A stretch of DNA of 64,000 nt from an uncultured Nitrospiraceae bacterium (GCA_964447405.1 CAYUSP010000003.1:691723-755722); one strand, 5' to 3'; positions 28,666 through 38,995 are shown, counted from the stretch's first letter. Numbers and translations: made by a program. The notes: generated by a model not told the origin, from the sequence alone.

Positions 28666-29313
28666 TTGCCATCACAAATAACTCATGCTATAACGCTCGT
28701 CATGTCAACCTCTCCCTCCTTAGAAGAACAGATAACGATGGCGGGCCTCACATACGGACGCCGCCACGACATCGCATACCGCTCCGGCATGGTGCTCCAG
28801 GTATGCGGTGCTGCCTTGCTCGCTGTGCTGTATCCGCTCGACAGCCCGTTCTATACCATAGGCATCATGCTGTTCGAAGCCGGCGTACTGCTTTCTGCAA
28901 TCTATCTTCTCGTTTGGATGCGCCCGGTCAAGAAGATAATAGTCGGGTCGGTGATCGCAGGGCTCGTTCTTCAAGTAGTCGGTGCCTTCGCGGCCCCGGA
29001 ACAATATGCGGGTCTGGTTCTGCTCTCAGGAATCGGGCTCGTCTGCGCTGGAGCGGCTGGGATGGTCGGCAATGAGGCGTTTTGCTTTGGATACCGTGAA
29101 GGCTGGGTGCTTATGCTGGCTGGATTTCCCGTGATGGTCCTGGCAAATCTGCTGCTCAGAGAGAACCGCATTTTCAATTCGCTGGGTTTCTCCGTTATTT
29201 TTTTACTGCTGCTTTCACTTACAGGCAAGAAGCTAAGGCAGAAATTGCTTTCTTTACCCTCTACAAGCGTTTGCGGGGTGTCGGAGAGGACAGAAGTAAG
29301 AAGTAAGAAGTAA
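28666..29313 (+). CDS. Hypothetical polytopic membrane protein
   Basis: Several hydrophobic helices. No recognisable family. Start uncertain. Confidence 0.3.
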   Translation: MPSQITHAITLVMSTSPSLEEQITMAGLTYGRRHDIAYRSGMVLQVCGAALLAVLYPLDSPFYTIGIMLFEAGVLLSAIYLLVWMRPVKKIIVGSVIAGLVLQVVGAFAAPEQYAGLVLLSGIGLVCAGAAGMVGNEAFCFGYREGWVLMLAGFPVMVLANLLLRENRIFNSLGFSVIFLLLLSLTGKKLRQKLLSLPSTSVCGVSERTEVRSKK

Positions 29314-29722
29314 GAGAACTACCAAATATAATTCGTCCAACATGAAAAAACATAACTTCAGAAATCTAAAAATCTACCAACGAGCCATAGCATTCGCTGT
29401 GGATATTTACCAGATCAGCAGGAGTTTTCCGCAGGATGAAATTTATGGGCTGACAAGTCAGATACGACGGGCCGCAACTTCAATCCCCCTTAATATTGCC
29501 GAAGGCAGTGGCAGCACATCAGGAAAAGAGTTTAGGCGATTTCTTGAAATTGCTTTACGTTCTGATTATGAGGTATTGGCCTGTCTGGAAATATCATTAC
29601 GATTGAATTACTGCAATCATGCGGTTTTTGAAAAACTGACTCAGGAAGCAAACGAAATAGCATCCATGATAGCTGGATTCTCAAAAAGCCTATAATCTTA
29701 CTTCTTACGTCTTATCTCCTTT
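29286..29722. mobile_element. Mini-cassette bounded by GGACAGAAGTAAGAAG-family imperfect inverted repeats, carrying one four-helix-bundle gene
   Basis: Left ggacagaagtaagaagtaagaagtaagag (29286-29314). Right tcttacttcttacgtcttatctcc (29697-29720, imperfect reverse complement). Confidence 0.55.
29342..29695 (+). CDS. Four-helix-bundle protein (23S rRNA intervening-sequence protein / Avd-like family)
   Basis: 117 aa. IYQRAIAFAVDIYQISRSFPQDEIYGLTSQIRRAATSIPLNIAEGSG... is a hallmark of this family. Confidence 0.8.
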   Translation: MKKHNFRNLKIYQRAIAFAVDIYQISRSFPQDEIYGLTSQIRRAATSIPLNIAEGSGSTSGKEFRRFLEIALRSDYEVLACLEISLRLNYCNHAVFEKLTQEANEIASMIAGFSKSL

Positions 29723-29734
29723 TTCTTTCTTCTG

Positions 29735-31141
29735 TCACTTAAAATCTTCCTTTTTCAAACCATACCGCGCCATCTTTTCATGGAAGTTCTTGATATTGAT
29801 CCCCGCATGACCAGCCGCTTTGGTCATGTTTCCGGCATACATTTTGAGAAGCTGGGTAAAATATTCTGTTTCAAACTGCGCAACGACCTCAGTTTTGATC
29901 ATCCGAAAAGGCGGGATATCGCCTCCTCCGGGGAATGACGCGGTGAACTTTCCTGTTCCTCCCGGACGTTTCAAGTCAAGACGGCTGAGGGTGTCGCCCT
30001 TTTCCATGATCACTGCGCGTTCGATAAGATTCTCCAGTTCGCGCACGTTTCCGGGATAGGAATACCGCAGCAACGCAGTGAGCGCATCCGGTGATATAGA
30101 AGTAATCGTTTTCTGGTTTTTTTCGCAATATTTCCTGAGAAAAAATGAGGCTAAAAGCGGGACATCGTCCATCCGGTCCCGCAATGCGGGCAATTTGATC
30201 GGAACAACATTCAGCCGGTAAAAAAGGTCCTCGCGAAACAACCGTTCACCCATAGCGCGATGAAGATCCTTGTGCGTGGCGGCAATGACCCGTACATCGA
30301 CTTTTACGGGATGATTACCTCCCACGCGTTCGAACTCACGCTCCTGCAGTACGCGCAGGAGCTTCATCTGGACCGGCATGGACATTTCCCCGATCTCGTC
30401 GAGGAACAGCGTACCACCATCCGCCATCTCGAATCTACCGATGCGCTGCCGGATCGCACCGGTAAACGATCCCTTCTCGTGTCCAAACAGTTCACTTTCC
30501 AGGAGGGTCTCGGGAAGGGCTGAACAGCTCACAACGACGAATGGGCGGTCCTTTCTTCTGCTGTTATAGTGGATCGACCGGGCTATGAGCTCTTTGCCTG
30601 TGCCGCTCTCTCCGTGGATCAGCACAGTTGCATCGGTCTCGGCCACTGTACGGATGAGCTGAAATATCCCCTGCATGTGCGGATTTCTTCCCAAAAGATT
30701 GCCAAACTGATAACGCTCCTCCACCTCATGCCTGAGATTTTCCACCTCCCGGAAAAGCCTCCTGCGTTCAACAGCATTTTTTACCTGTTGGCTCAGATCC
30801 TCATATTGTATCGGTTTGGTTAAAAAGCTGTAGGCGCCCTCCTTCATTGCCTTGACAGCCATCTCTATCGTCCCGTAAGCGGTCACGACGATCACCGGAA
30901 TGTCAGTCCTGCCCGGCCCCGGGAAGGCTCCCTTGCGAAGCTTCTCGAGCAGGTCCATACCCGTGATCATCGGCATCTGCTGGTCCACGATAATGACATC
31001 GAAATCGCGGCTCTCAAGGCATCTCAATGCCGAAACGCCGTCTTCCGCCGTCTCTACTTCATAGCCTTCCCTTCTGAGGTTGGCAGACATGACCAGAAGG
31101 ATGTCGGGCTCATCGTCGACTATTAAGAGGGAGCCTTTCAT
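29735..31141 (-). CDS. Sigma-54-dependent Fis-family response regulator (NtrC-like)
   Basis: REC domain (LIVDDEPDIL). AAA+ sigma-54 interaction domain (GESGTGKELIARSIH, GAFTGA). C-terminal HTH. Confidence 0.9.
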   Translation of the reverse strand: MKGSLLIVDDEPDILLVMSANLRREGYEVETAEDGVSALRCLESRDFDVIIVDQQMPMITGMDLLEKLRKGAFPGPGRTDIPVIVVTAYGTIEMAVKAMKEGAYSFLTKPIQYEDLSQQVKNAVERRRLFREVENLRHEVEERYQFGNLLGRNPHMQGIFQLIRTVAETDATVLIHGESGTGKELIARSIHYNSRRKDRPFVVVSCSALPETLLESELFGHEKGSFTGAIRQRIGRFEMADGGTLFLDEIGEMSMPVQMKLLRVLQEREFERVGGNHPVKVDVRVIAATHKDLHRAMGERLFREDLFYRLNVVPIKLPALRDRMDDVPLLASFFLRKYCEKNQKTITSISPDALTALLRYSYPGNVRELENLIERAVIMEKGDTLSRLDLKRPGGTGKFTASFPGGGDIPPFRMIKTEVVAQFETEYFTQLLKMYAGNMTKAAGHAGINIKNFHEKMARYGLKKEDFK

Positions 31142-32790
31142 AGGGGGGGGGTCTGATTGAGGACCGTGGAATATGGCTTGTCCGAATGTACTGCTTCTCC
31201 ATGTGCTCCGGGTGCACTGCTCTGCATGCCGGAACAGCAGCGTATAGGAAGCCTCACCAGGATCCGGGTGCCGCCGGACGAGGGTTGATCGATGACGATC
31301 TCACCCTCATGGCTCTTCAAGACCCTCTGGACGATGGTCAGGCCAAGCCCCGTACCTCTGACTTTGGTCGTATAAAAGGACTGGAAGACGCGCTCCCGAT
31401 CCTGCTCGGGAATTCCCGGGCCCGAATCCTGGATGCGAATTTCGACTGCCGGCCGATCCATTGCCTGCGCCGTGGAAACCCGCAGCGTCCCACCCCCGGG
31501 CATTGCTTCCGCGGCATTGCGCAGCAGATTGTGCAGCGCCTGTTCTATCTGCAGCTCATCCGCCTGCAAATGCGGAAGCCCCGGATCAAGGTCGCGCACC
31601 AGCTCGATCTTCTGGGTGCGGAGCTGCTCACCAAGAGCATCAAGCGCCTGATCAAGCACGGTATTGACCTGAAGCGTCGTGAGATTCATGCGGATCGGTT
31701 TGGAAACATAGAGGAGGTCGGAGGCCACCTGGTTAACGCGGACAGCCTGCCGTTTGATCAAGCTCGTGAACTTTTGCAGTGTTTCATCGTTTGCATATTC
31801 CGTGGACAGAAAATGCGCCGCTCCAGTGATCGCGTTCAACGGATTTCTCACTTCGTGGGCCACACGGGCGGCCATCTCTCCCAGCTCTGCGAGGCGGCGC
31901 GACTGTTCGAGCCGCTCTGCGAGCCGGACCTTTTCGGTCACGTCCTTGATGTATTCGACCACCTGAACGACCCGGTTGCCCCGGTCCAGCAGAGGAAACG
32001 AGCTGATCTCGACGACCCGGTCCTCGGCCACGCCGGCGTTTCGGGGGAGTCTCTTCGTGGTCGATGCCGGCAATCCCGTGCGAAACGTCTCCTCGGCAGG
32101 GCAGTCATTGCAGACCGTGGTCCCGAAGGAGCAGGCTTCATGGCACCGCTCGCCGGGTGTGATGCTCCGGGCGAGCAGCGACGTCATTGACTTATTCGCG
32201 GCGGTTATCCTGAAATCACTGTTAATGACCTGGATGCCGTCCGTGATGCCGTCGAACATGGCCACCAGTCTCTTGCGAGCATCGGAGATCTGGTCCTCCA
32301 TCTCCTTTTTTCGCGTAATATCCTCAAGCATGATCACCACGCCGTTTCCGACGGACCAGGCCATTTTGCCGAGGGGATAAACGCTGTAGCTCATGGTCTT
32401 TCGGGGGCCGTGCTTCGACAGCAGATCATATTCGAGGTCAATGGCGGCACCTGCGGCCCAGACCGCATCGGACAAACGCTCCCATAGTGCTCGGAGCGCA
32501 TGGTCATCGAATCCCATGATCTTGCCTATTTCCGCCATATGCTTGCCAACCACCATCACGCGCGGCAAGCCGAATAATTTTTCCGCCGCGGCATTAAAGA
32601 TCCTGATGCCGCCTTCTCCGTCAAGCGAGATGATGCCGGTGGTCACACTGTCGAGCAGGCCTCCCATGTGCAGAAGGAGTTCGTTGTTCCAGCCGGGTGC
32701 AGCCGGGATCGCGGCTCCGGAACGCGCGGGTTGACCGGCCCCACCTCCGAAAGGATCGTTGCCAAGAGGTGTCTTTTTTTCGGTTCGCAT
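31138..32790 (-). CDS. PAS-domain sensor histidine kinase
   Basis: PAS repeats. HisKA H-box (AARVAHEVRNPLNAI). HATPase_c (GTGLGLTIV). Confidence 0.8.
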   Translation of the reverse strand: MRTEKKTPLGNDPFGGGAGQPARSGAAIPAAPGWNNELLLHMGGLLDSVTTGIISLDGEGGIRIFNAAAEKLFGLPRVMVVGKHMAEIGKIMGFDDHALRALWERLSDAVWAAGAAIDLEYDLLSKHGPRKTMSYSVYPLGKMAWSVGNGVVIMLEDITRKKEMEDQISDARKRLVAMFDGITDGIQVINSDFRITAANKSMTSLLARSITPGERCHEACSFGTTVCNDCPAEETFRTGLPASTTKRLPRNAGVAEDRVVEISSFPLLDRGNRVVQVVEYIKDVTEKVRLAERLEQSRRLAELGEMAARVAHEVRNPLNAITGAAHFLSTEYANDETLQKFTSLIKRQAVRVNQVASDLLYVSKPIRMNLTTLQVNTVLDQALDALGEQLRTQKIELVRDLDPGLPHLQADELQIEQALHNLLRNAAEAMPGGGTLRVSTAQAMDRPAVEIRIQDSGPGIPEQDRERVFQSFYTTKVRGTGLGLTIVQRVLKSHEGEIVIDQPSSGGTRILVRLPIRCCSGMQSSAPGAHGEAVHSDKPYSTVLNQTPPL

Positions 32791-32806
32791 GAATGGAAAT
32801 CGCGAT

Positions 32807-34339
32807 TTACTGGTGGGAAGTTTCCTTGTCATGTTTATCCGTCTTGTCACTGCCCGTCGAGTACTGATGGTAGGAATGCATGCCCAGCTTCAGCAGCCCC
32901 TTCTCGATCAGTTTCCTCGCGGAGTCGGCAACAACAGGATCGAACTGGCCGCCCGACTCCCGCTTGAGTTCAACGAACACTTCCTGGCTCGAAATAGTGC
33001 CGCGATAAGGCCGTTCGGAGATCATGGCATCGATCGTATCGGCAACATTGAGGATCCTCGCAGCGAGGGCGATCGCCTCCCCGGCAAGGCCGCGCGGGTA
33101 CCCCTTCCCGTCATACCGCTCATGATGCTGATAGATCGCATTGATGATAAACGCTGAGAAGCCTATCGGCTCAAGGATCCTGATCCCGTGTGCCGGGTGA
33201 TCCTTCATGATGTCGAATTCTTCCCTGCTGAGCCGTTCCGGTTTGCTGATGATCAATTCGCTGATCCCGATCTTGCCCACATCATGCAGGATGGCGGCGA
33301 TATGGACCTCTTCCAGCTGCGAGGGGCTCATGCCGATGTCCCGCGCGATGGCCACTGCGTATTTCGCAACATTAGTGGAGTGCCACCGCGTGTAGGGATC
33401 CTTCGCTTCCACAGCAGCCACAAGCGCCTGCACGGTGCGGAAATAATTCTCCCGCAGGTTCTCATAAAGAGCGGCGTTTTCCATGGCGGTCACCACCTGG
33501 CTGGACAGGATGAGGACGATCTGGAGGTCGCTCTCCGTGAACGATGGCCCGGAGAGCTTGCTGACGTTCAGTACGCCGAACAGTTTGTTCTTTCCCATGA
33601 GCGGGACCGACATGGAGGAGGCCGGCATGTTCTCCCGGTTAAGGGCGCTCATGACGTCCGCGTCAGGATGCTTGCCGGCCGAGATGATCAGCGGCTTCCG
33701 GTGCTTGAGTACCAGGCCGGACACTCCCTCTCCTTCATGGCGCCTGGCCTTGAGCGCGAGGTCCGTGGAAAGACCGTGGGATGCCCGGATCAGCAGCGTG
33801 CCGCTCGCCTCATCGATCAGCATGAGCGAAACACGGTCCACATGGAATTCCTGCACCAGCACCTCGGTGATGATCTTGAAGAGATGGGCGAGATCGATCT
33901 CGGTGACCAGAAGCTTGCTGATCTCGAACAGGGGAATGAGCGCCTTCAGCCTGATGTTCTCCTTTTGAAGCCGGCTGCGCTTGACTGCGCGGTCGACCGC
34001 TCCCAGCAATTCTTCCTGGGTGAATGGCTTGAGCACGAAACCATCCACGCCGCGCATCAGGGACTCGATCGCCGTGTCAAGGGTGCCATGGCCGGTGATG
34101 AAGATGGTCACGATGTCCAGCTTCATGACCTTGACCCGCTCGAACAGCTCGAGTCCGTCAATGCCCGGCATTCTGATGTCGGTAATCAGCAGGTCCGTAG
34201 CCGCATTCGCAAGCTCATCCAGCGCCGCAGCACCGTTCGATACCGTGGAAACCTGGTACCCCTCGGCCTCAAGGATCAGTTTACAAAGATCTCTGATTGC
34301 ATCTTCATCGTCAACGACAAGGATTTTCTCTCCTGCCAT
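32807..34339 (-). CDS. Response regulator with REC-GAF-HD-GYP domains (c-di-GMP phosphodiesterase type)
   Basis: KILVVDDEDAIRDL REC. GAF region. HHERYDGKGYPRGL HD-GYP motif. Confidence 0.8.
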   Translation of the reverse strand: MAGEKILVVDDEDAIRDLCKLILEAEGYQVSTVSNGAAALDELANAATDLLITDIRMPGIDGLELFERVKVMKLDIVTIFITGHGTLDTAIESLMRGVDGFVLKPFTQEELLGAVDRAVKRSRLQKENIRLKALIPLFEISKLLVTEIDLAHLFKIITEVLVQEFHVDRVSLMLIDEASGTLLIRASHGLSTDLALKARRHEGEGVSGLVLKHRKPLIISAGKHPDADVMSALNRENMPASSMSVPLMGKNKLFGVLNVSKLSGPSFTESDLQIVLILSSQVVTAMENAALYENLRENYFRTVQALVAAVEAKDPYTRWHSTNVAKYAVAIARDIGMSPSQLEEVHIAAILHDVGKIGISELIISKPERLSREEFDIMKDHPAHGIRILEPIGFSAFIINAIYQHHERYDGKGYPRGLAGEAIALAARILNVADTIDAMISERPYRGTISSQEVFVELKRESGGQFDPVVADSARKLIEKGLLKLGMHSYHQYSTGSDKTDKHDKETSHQ

Positions 34340-34502
34340 GCAATAACTCCTGTCCAATAATCCATTGAGTCTATCGAGTCGGGCGGGTCCATGAAGTCAC
34401 TGACACCCTTGACGTCTTAATTGCATGGCATCATGCCCTGCGCTCCTGCCTCGGACTCCCGGGTATTGCCGCTCTCTTACACAACGATCTCGAGGAACTC
34501 TC

Positions 34503-35942
34503 CTACACCGGCAGAATCACCCGAAAAGTGGAACCCTCGCCAACCTTGCTTTCAACTTCAAGCCTGCCGCCGTGATTCTGAACGATCATATAGCTGATGG
34601 AGAGCCCGAGACCGGTCCCGTCTCCATCGGCACGCGTCATGAAAAAAGGATCGAAAATCCTGTCAAGCTGCTCTTCGGGGATGCCGGTGCCTGTATCGAT
34701 GAACTCCACGGTGATATGCTCCTTCCCGGTAAAGTCCGCTGACAGCCGGCTCGTAATCAGCAGGGACCCTCCCTGCGGCATGGCGACAAATGCGTTGCTG
34801 ATGAGATTCACAAATACCTGTTTCATTTCGTCGCTGTCCATCGCCACAAGCGGCAGCCCGGCGGGACAGCTGGTGGTGATCTCTACGTTGCTGATCCGAG
34901 CCTGACCCTTGATCAGCGAAATGGTGTCCTGCACGACGCCGCAGAGGTCGGTTTTGACAAGCTGCGGAGGTTTCCGCCGGGAGAAGTCAAGCAGGCTCTT
35001 CAGAATCTCCCGGGCGCGCAGTGTTTCACGTTCTATGGTCTTTAAGTACGCTTTTTTATCTTCGGGTATGTCGTCCGCCTTCAGCAGCAGCCCGGTATAG
35101 CCCAGCACGCCGGTCAGGGGATTGTTGACTTCATAGGCGATATTAGTAGCCATCTCGCCAATCGCAGCCAGTTTTGCGCTTTGCACCAGCTGCCGCTGTG
35201 AGCGGTGAAGGTTTTGGGTCATCGCATTGAAGGCTTCGCCAAGTTCCTTGAATTCGCTTCCCTGGTCATCGCTGATCTCCACGCGCTGCTGCAAGTCGCC
35301 CCGTGCTATGAGTCGGATCGCAACGAGCAGTTTGCTGAGGCGACGTTCCAGACTATCCGCAAGGTACCATGCAATGATCACCGCAAGAAAGAATCCGAGC
35401 AAGAGGGTGAAATACAGGACGGTCCTGATCTCACGGATGGTGGTAAGGGTATCCTGGGTCTTTTGCTGCAGCCGCACATTTGCGGTAAAGGCCATACCCT
35501 GCGTCATGGTAATGAGTTCCTGCCCCAGTTCATGGGCACGTCGCTCGAACGAGGCGATTCGGGCGGGATTCGCGGACGCCGTTACCAGCCGGCTGATGGC
35601 TGCCTTGTAATCGCCGGCCATATCATGCATGCCCAGCAGACCCTGGGCAAGCTCTGGAGCATGATGACAGCCGAGACAGGAGTCCATAACGTTGTCAAGT
35701 TCCTGGACCTGTGCGATCAGCACGTCCACATCGCCGCCCCTCCGGGTCCTGTTCATATAGATATGGGATTGTACCTGCTGCAGATGGATGATAAGGCTTT
35801 CCCGCAGAATCTCGACCTGATGCAGCTGGATCAGTTTGTCCATGCGCTGCGTCGTCTTGGTGATATAGATCGCGGCGATCACGCTCCCGGTCAGGAAGAT
35901 CGCGATCAGCATGCCAAAGCCAATAAGGATTCTTTTTTTCAT
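34503..35942 (-). CDS. HAMP-domain sensor histidine kinase
   Basis: N-terminal TM. HAMP. H-box (NIAYEVNNPLTGVLGY). G1/G2 boxes (GTGLGLSISY). Confidence 0.8.
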   Translation of the reverse strand: MKKRILIGFGMLIAIFLTGSVIAAIYITKTTQRMDKLIQLHQVEILRESLIIHLQQVQSHIYMNRTRRGGDVDVLIAQVQELDNVMDSCLGCHHAPELAQGLLGMHDMAGDYKAAISRLVTASANPARIASFERRAHELGQELITMTQGMAFTANVRLQQKTQDTLTTIREIRTVLYFTLLLGFFLAVIIAWYLADSLERRLSKLLVAIRLIARGDLQQRVEISDDQGSEFKELGEAFNAMTQNLHRSQRQLVQSAKLAAIGEMATNIAYEVNNPLTGVLGYTGLLLKADDIPEDKKAYLKTIERETLRAREILKSLLDFSRRKPPQLVKTDLCGVVQDTISLIKGQARISNVEITTSCPAGLPLVAMDSDEMKQVFVNLISNAFVAMPQGGSLLITSRLSADFTGKEHITVEFIDTGTGIPEEQLDRIFDPFFMTRADGDGTGLGLSISYMIVQNHGGRLEVESKVGEGSTFRVILPV

Positions 35943-35955
35943 GGTATCATGCCGC

Positions 35956-36870
35956 TCATTCGTTCCGATAGTGATATGTTTTCAGATTGATGCCGACTTG
36001 CGATGTGATCTTGTAGAGATATTCAAAGTCCTTGTCGCTCGTCTCGATGAATCCGCGGGCACCGAATCGGCGAAGCGCGTCCCGCCCTTCTTCGTTCTTC
36101 TCCATCTCGACAAGCACCTTGACGAGCGCCTTTTTAATATCAGGATCGAGGTCACTGCGGACCGCCAAACAGTTCTGGGGTACAACGCCCGAGGCCCCAA
36201 TGATCATGAGCTCCTTCTCGATCCGGGGATTCTCCGACATCAACTGGTCGTAGATGGTATTCTTCGCGGCTCCTATGTCCGCTTCCTTGTTCAGCACCGC
36301 CAAAATCGCGGCATCATGGCTGCCGGCGAAAAAGGTCTCCCCCAGATAGGAATGAGGGTCAACAATGCCTTTCTCCCGGAAATACGCGAGCGGAAAGATA
36401 TATCCGGCGGTTGTGGCTCGCTCCACGAAAACAAAACGCTTCCCCTTCATGGAGGACTCACTGCGAATACCGCTGTCCTTGCGGACAAAGATGTACCCGT
36501 GATAAGTGGAAGTCCCGTCCATATTGACCGGCCGCGCGAGCGGTTCCACACCCAGCTGGCTGTGAGCCAGGCCATAGGTGAAACTGCCAAAAAACGCGCC
36601 GTCCATTTTTTCCGCAACAAACCGCTCAATAATGTTTCCGTAGCGGCTCAGACTGGTGAAGTTGACCGTCATGCCTATCCGGTCGGACAGATATTTTCGC
36701 AGGACCATGTAGCGTTCCCGCTGCCGAAATACATTCTGCTCGGGAATCAGCCCGATGAGAAGCTCCTGCTGCCCCAGCGTTTTCTTCTGTTCCGGGGGCG
36801 CTTTTTTATTCTCGCATGCCCCGAACGCGAGGGACACCGCTACCAGGAGGATTGTTGTCATGCGTTTATA
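35956..36870 (-). CDS. PhnD/SsuA-like periplasmic substrate-binding protein embedded in the signalling cluster
   Basis: Signal peptide. LIGLIPEQNVFRQ...MDGAFFGSFTYGLA pattern typical of phosphonate/phosphite ABC binding proteins. Confidence 0.55.
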   Translation of the reverse strand, partial: YKRMTTILLVAVSLAFGACENKKAPPEQKKTLGQQELLIGLIPEQNVFRQRERYMVLRKYLSDRIGMTVNFTSLSRYGNIIERFVAEKMDGAFFGSFTYGLAHSQLGVEPLARPVNMDGTSTYHGYIFVRKDSGIRSESSMKGKRFVFVERATTAGYIFPLAYFREKGIVDPHSYLGETFFAGSHDAAILAVLNKEADIGAAKNTIYDQLMSENPRIEKELMIIGASGVVPQNCLAVRSDLDPDIKKALVKVLVEMEKNEEGRDALRRFGARGFIETSDKDFEYLYKITSQVGINLKTYHYRNE

Positions 36871-36898
36871 CGGTGCCATAAGTCTCCCCTCGCCGGCC

Positions 36899-38995
36899 TT
36901 ATACCGCCGCCAGCTTATACAGAGGAAGGACCACCCGGAACGTGGTTCCCTGCCCCTGCTCGCTCTGAACCTCGATGCTGCCGCCATGATTTTGCACGAT
37001 GCGATAGCTGATAGAGAGCCCCAGCCCTGTACCGTCTCCTTTCTCCTTGGTGGAGAAGAACGGCTCAAATATTTTATTCTTGTGCTCTGCCGCAATTCCC
37101 ACACCGGAGTCCCGGATAACAACGAAACATTCCTGCTCGGACGCGATATCGACGTTGATCGCGATAACTCCTCCGTGCGGCATGGCCTGGAGCGCATTGT
37201 TCAGGATATTAATGAACACCTGCTTCATTTCATTATGATCCATGTTGACGATCACCGGCGATTCAGGATAGTCCTCCTGAATCCTGACGGACGCCTGCTC
37301 GGCAATACCCTGCAGCAGCGCCACGGTCTCCCGGAGCGGCTGGGTCAGATCCCCCGGCTGCATCCATGACGGCCGCTGACGCGCGAAGTCGAGCAGATTG
37401 CGGATGATCTTGCGCACCCTGAGCGTCTCCTGCTCCATCAGCCCGAGAATCCGCTTCGGCTCATCCGGCAGGTCAAGTGTCTTGATCAAGTGGGTCGTAT
37501 ACCCAAGCACGCTCGTCAGCGGATTGTTGATCTCGTGAGCAACATTCGCCGAGAGCTCGCCGATGGCCACCATCCTCGTGGAATGGAGGAGCTGTTCCTG
37601 AGTGGCATGGAGCTCGCTCATTTTCCCCTTCAGGTCGGAATAGAGAGAGGCATTCTGCAGAGCTGCGGCAGCAAGGCTCGAAAACACGGTGAATAGCCTG
37701 AGATCATGTTTGTCGAAGTTCGTTCCGCCCTTTTTGTTGACTGCGGTGATCAACCCCGTCATAGTATTCGCTGACCACAGCGGGATGGTCATGATGCTCC
37801 TGAAGCCGAGCGATTTCATGGAGGTACTGTCGAGTCTGAAGTCAGCCAGGGCATCGGGAATCAGGAGCGGCGTGCCATAGCTTACCAGCCAGTTGTATAT
37901 GCCCCCCGCCTCGACCGGCATCTCCAGCCCCCGGATAACATGCGATCGGGAGCCGTATACTCCCAGATATTTGAGCATGCGGTCGGACCGGTCAACCACG
38001 GAAATGGCGATCGTATCGGCCCTTACGAGGTCCTCCGCTCTTGCAGCGATCTTGACCAGCAGCGCCTCCTGGTCAAGGCTTTCCATAAGGTCAAGGCCGG
38101 CGGTATGCAGCAGAAAGAGGTCCCGGTTCCCGCGAGATAGACTGGTATCGCGGGTCCGGAGCGTCAGCGCCATCTGGTTGAACGTGTGGCCGAGTTTGCT
38201 GATCTCATCAGATCCCTTGACAGGGAAAGGAGTATCCCAATCCTGCTGGCTCAACCGGTCGGCTGCCTTGCTGAGCTGAAGGATGGGCCGCGTAATGCTG
38301 ATCGCGATGATCTGGCTGAATGCCAAGCCGACCAGCAGGATCCCGATCAGCGCAACCGCGGATTTTGTTATAAATCCCGAGAATTTCTGCTCAAACCGTT
38401 GACTGGAGATGCCCGCCCGGACATACCCCACTCGGTCGGCTCCCGACATGACCGGAAGCGTAAGATCATACACGCCGTCTGCCTTGATGCGGAACACGGG
38501 TTCCGTGATGCCGCCGTCGGAATCGCAGTGAAGCGTGGTATCCTCGCGGTCCTGCAGGTTGCTGCCGGGCCTTGTATAAAAGGAGGCGCCGCTACTTAAA
38601 TATACCTCCGCGGCCGTACTGGCGATGAGCATTTTACATGCATGATTGTACACCATCAGATACCGCAGGGAATTGCCGGAATGGGACTCATCATCGGCCG
38701 CAAAAGGGGGGGCTATCTTCCGATAAATCTCGAGCAGGTTCCCTGTGGTAATATCATCAGCGGTAAGCGCCGCTATTTCTCGGGCCACATACAAAGCCCT
38801 GTCCCTGATCTCGGCATCCAGGGTCCTTTTCGCCTCCCGAAAATAGAACGCACCCACCAGCGAGGCAACCAGGATAAGAGCTACTGTCATAAAAAAAGAC
38901 ACTCTGCATCCGATGCTGCCCCACCACCAGAAGAGAGCCCTGCGCAATCTATCCGATATAACTGAGTTTTCCCCGATTGAATGCGTCTTGGCCAT
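36899..38995 (-). CDS. Sensor histidine kinase with HAMP and GAF domains
   Basis: Two TMs. HAMP. GAF. H-box (ANVAHEINNPLTSVLGYT). HATPase (GTGLGLSISY). Confidence 0.8.
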   Translation of the reverse strand: MAKTHSIGENSVISDRLRRALFWWWGSIGCRVSFFMTVALILVASLVGAFYFREAKRTLDAEIRDRALYVAREIAALTADDITTGNLLEIYRKIAPPFAADDESHSGNSLRYLMVYNHACKMLIASTAAEVYLSSGASFYTRPGSNLQDREDTTLHCDSDGGITEPVFRIKADGVYDLTLPVMSGADRVGYVRAGISSQRFEQKFSGFITKSAVALIGILLVGLAFSQIIAISITRPILQLSKAADRLSQQDWDTPFPVKGSDEISKLGHTFNQMALTLRTRDTSLSRGNRDLFLLHTAGLDLMESLDQEALLVKIAARAEDLVRADTIAISVVDRSDRMLKYLGVYGSRSHVIRGLEMPVEAGGIYNWLVSYGTPLLIPDALADFRLDSTSMKSLGFRSIMTIPLWSANTMTGLITAVNKKGGTNFDKHDLRLFTVFSSLAAAALQNASLYSDLKGKMSELHATQEQLLHSTRMVAIGELSANVAHEINNPLTSVLGYTTHLIKTLDLPDEPKRILGLMEQETLRVRKIIRNLLDFARQRPSWMQPGDLTQPLRETVALLQGIAEQASVRIQEDYPESPVIVNMDHNEMKQVFINILNNALQAMPHGGVIAINVDIASEQECFVVIRDSGVGIAAEHKNKIFEPFFSTKEKGDGTGLGLSISYRIVQNHGGSIEVQSEQGQGTTFRVVLPLYKLAAV

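Noticed and set aside
29342-29695. Avd-like four-helix-bundle gene as part of a diversity-generating retroelement
   Set aside because: There is no reverse transcriptase gene and no obvious template/variable repeat pair nearby. The gene sits alone inside an IR-bounded cassette, so it was reported as a mini-cassette instead.
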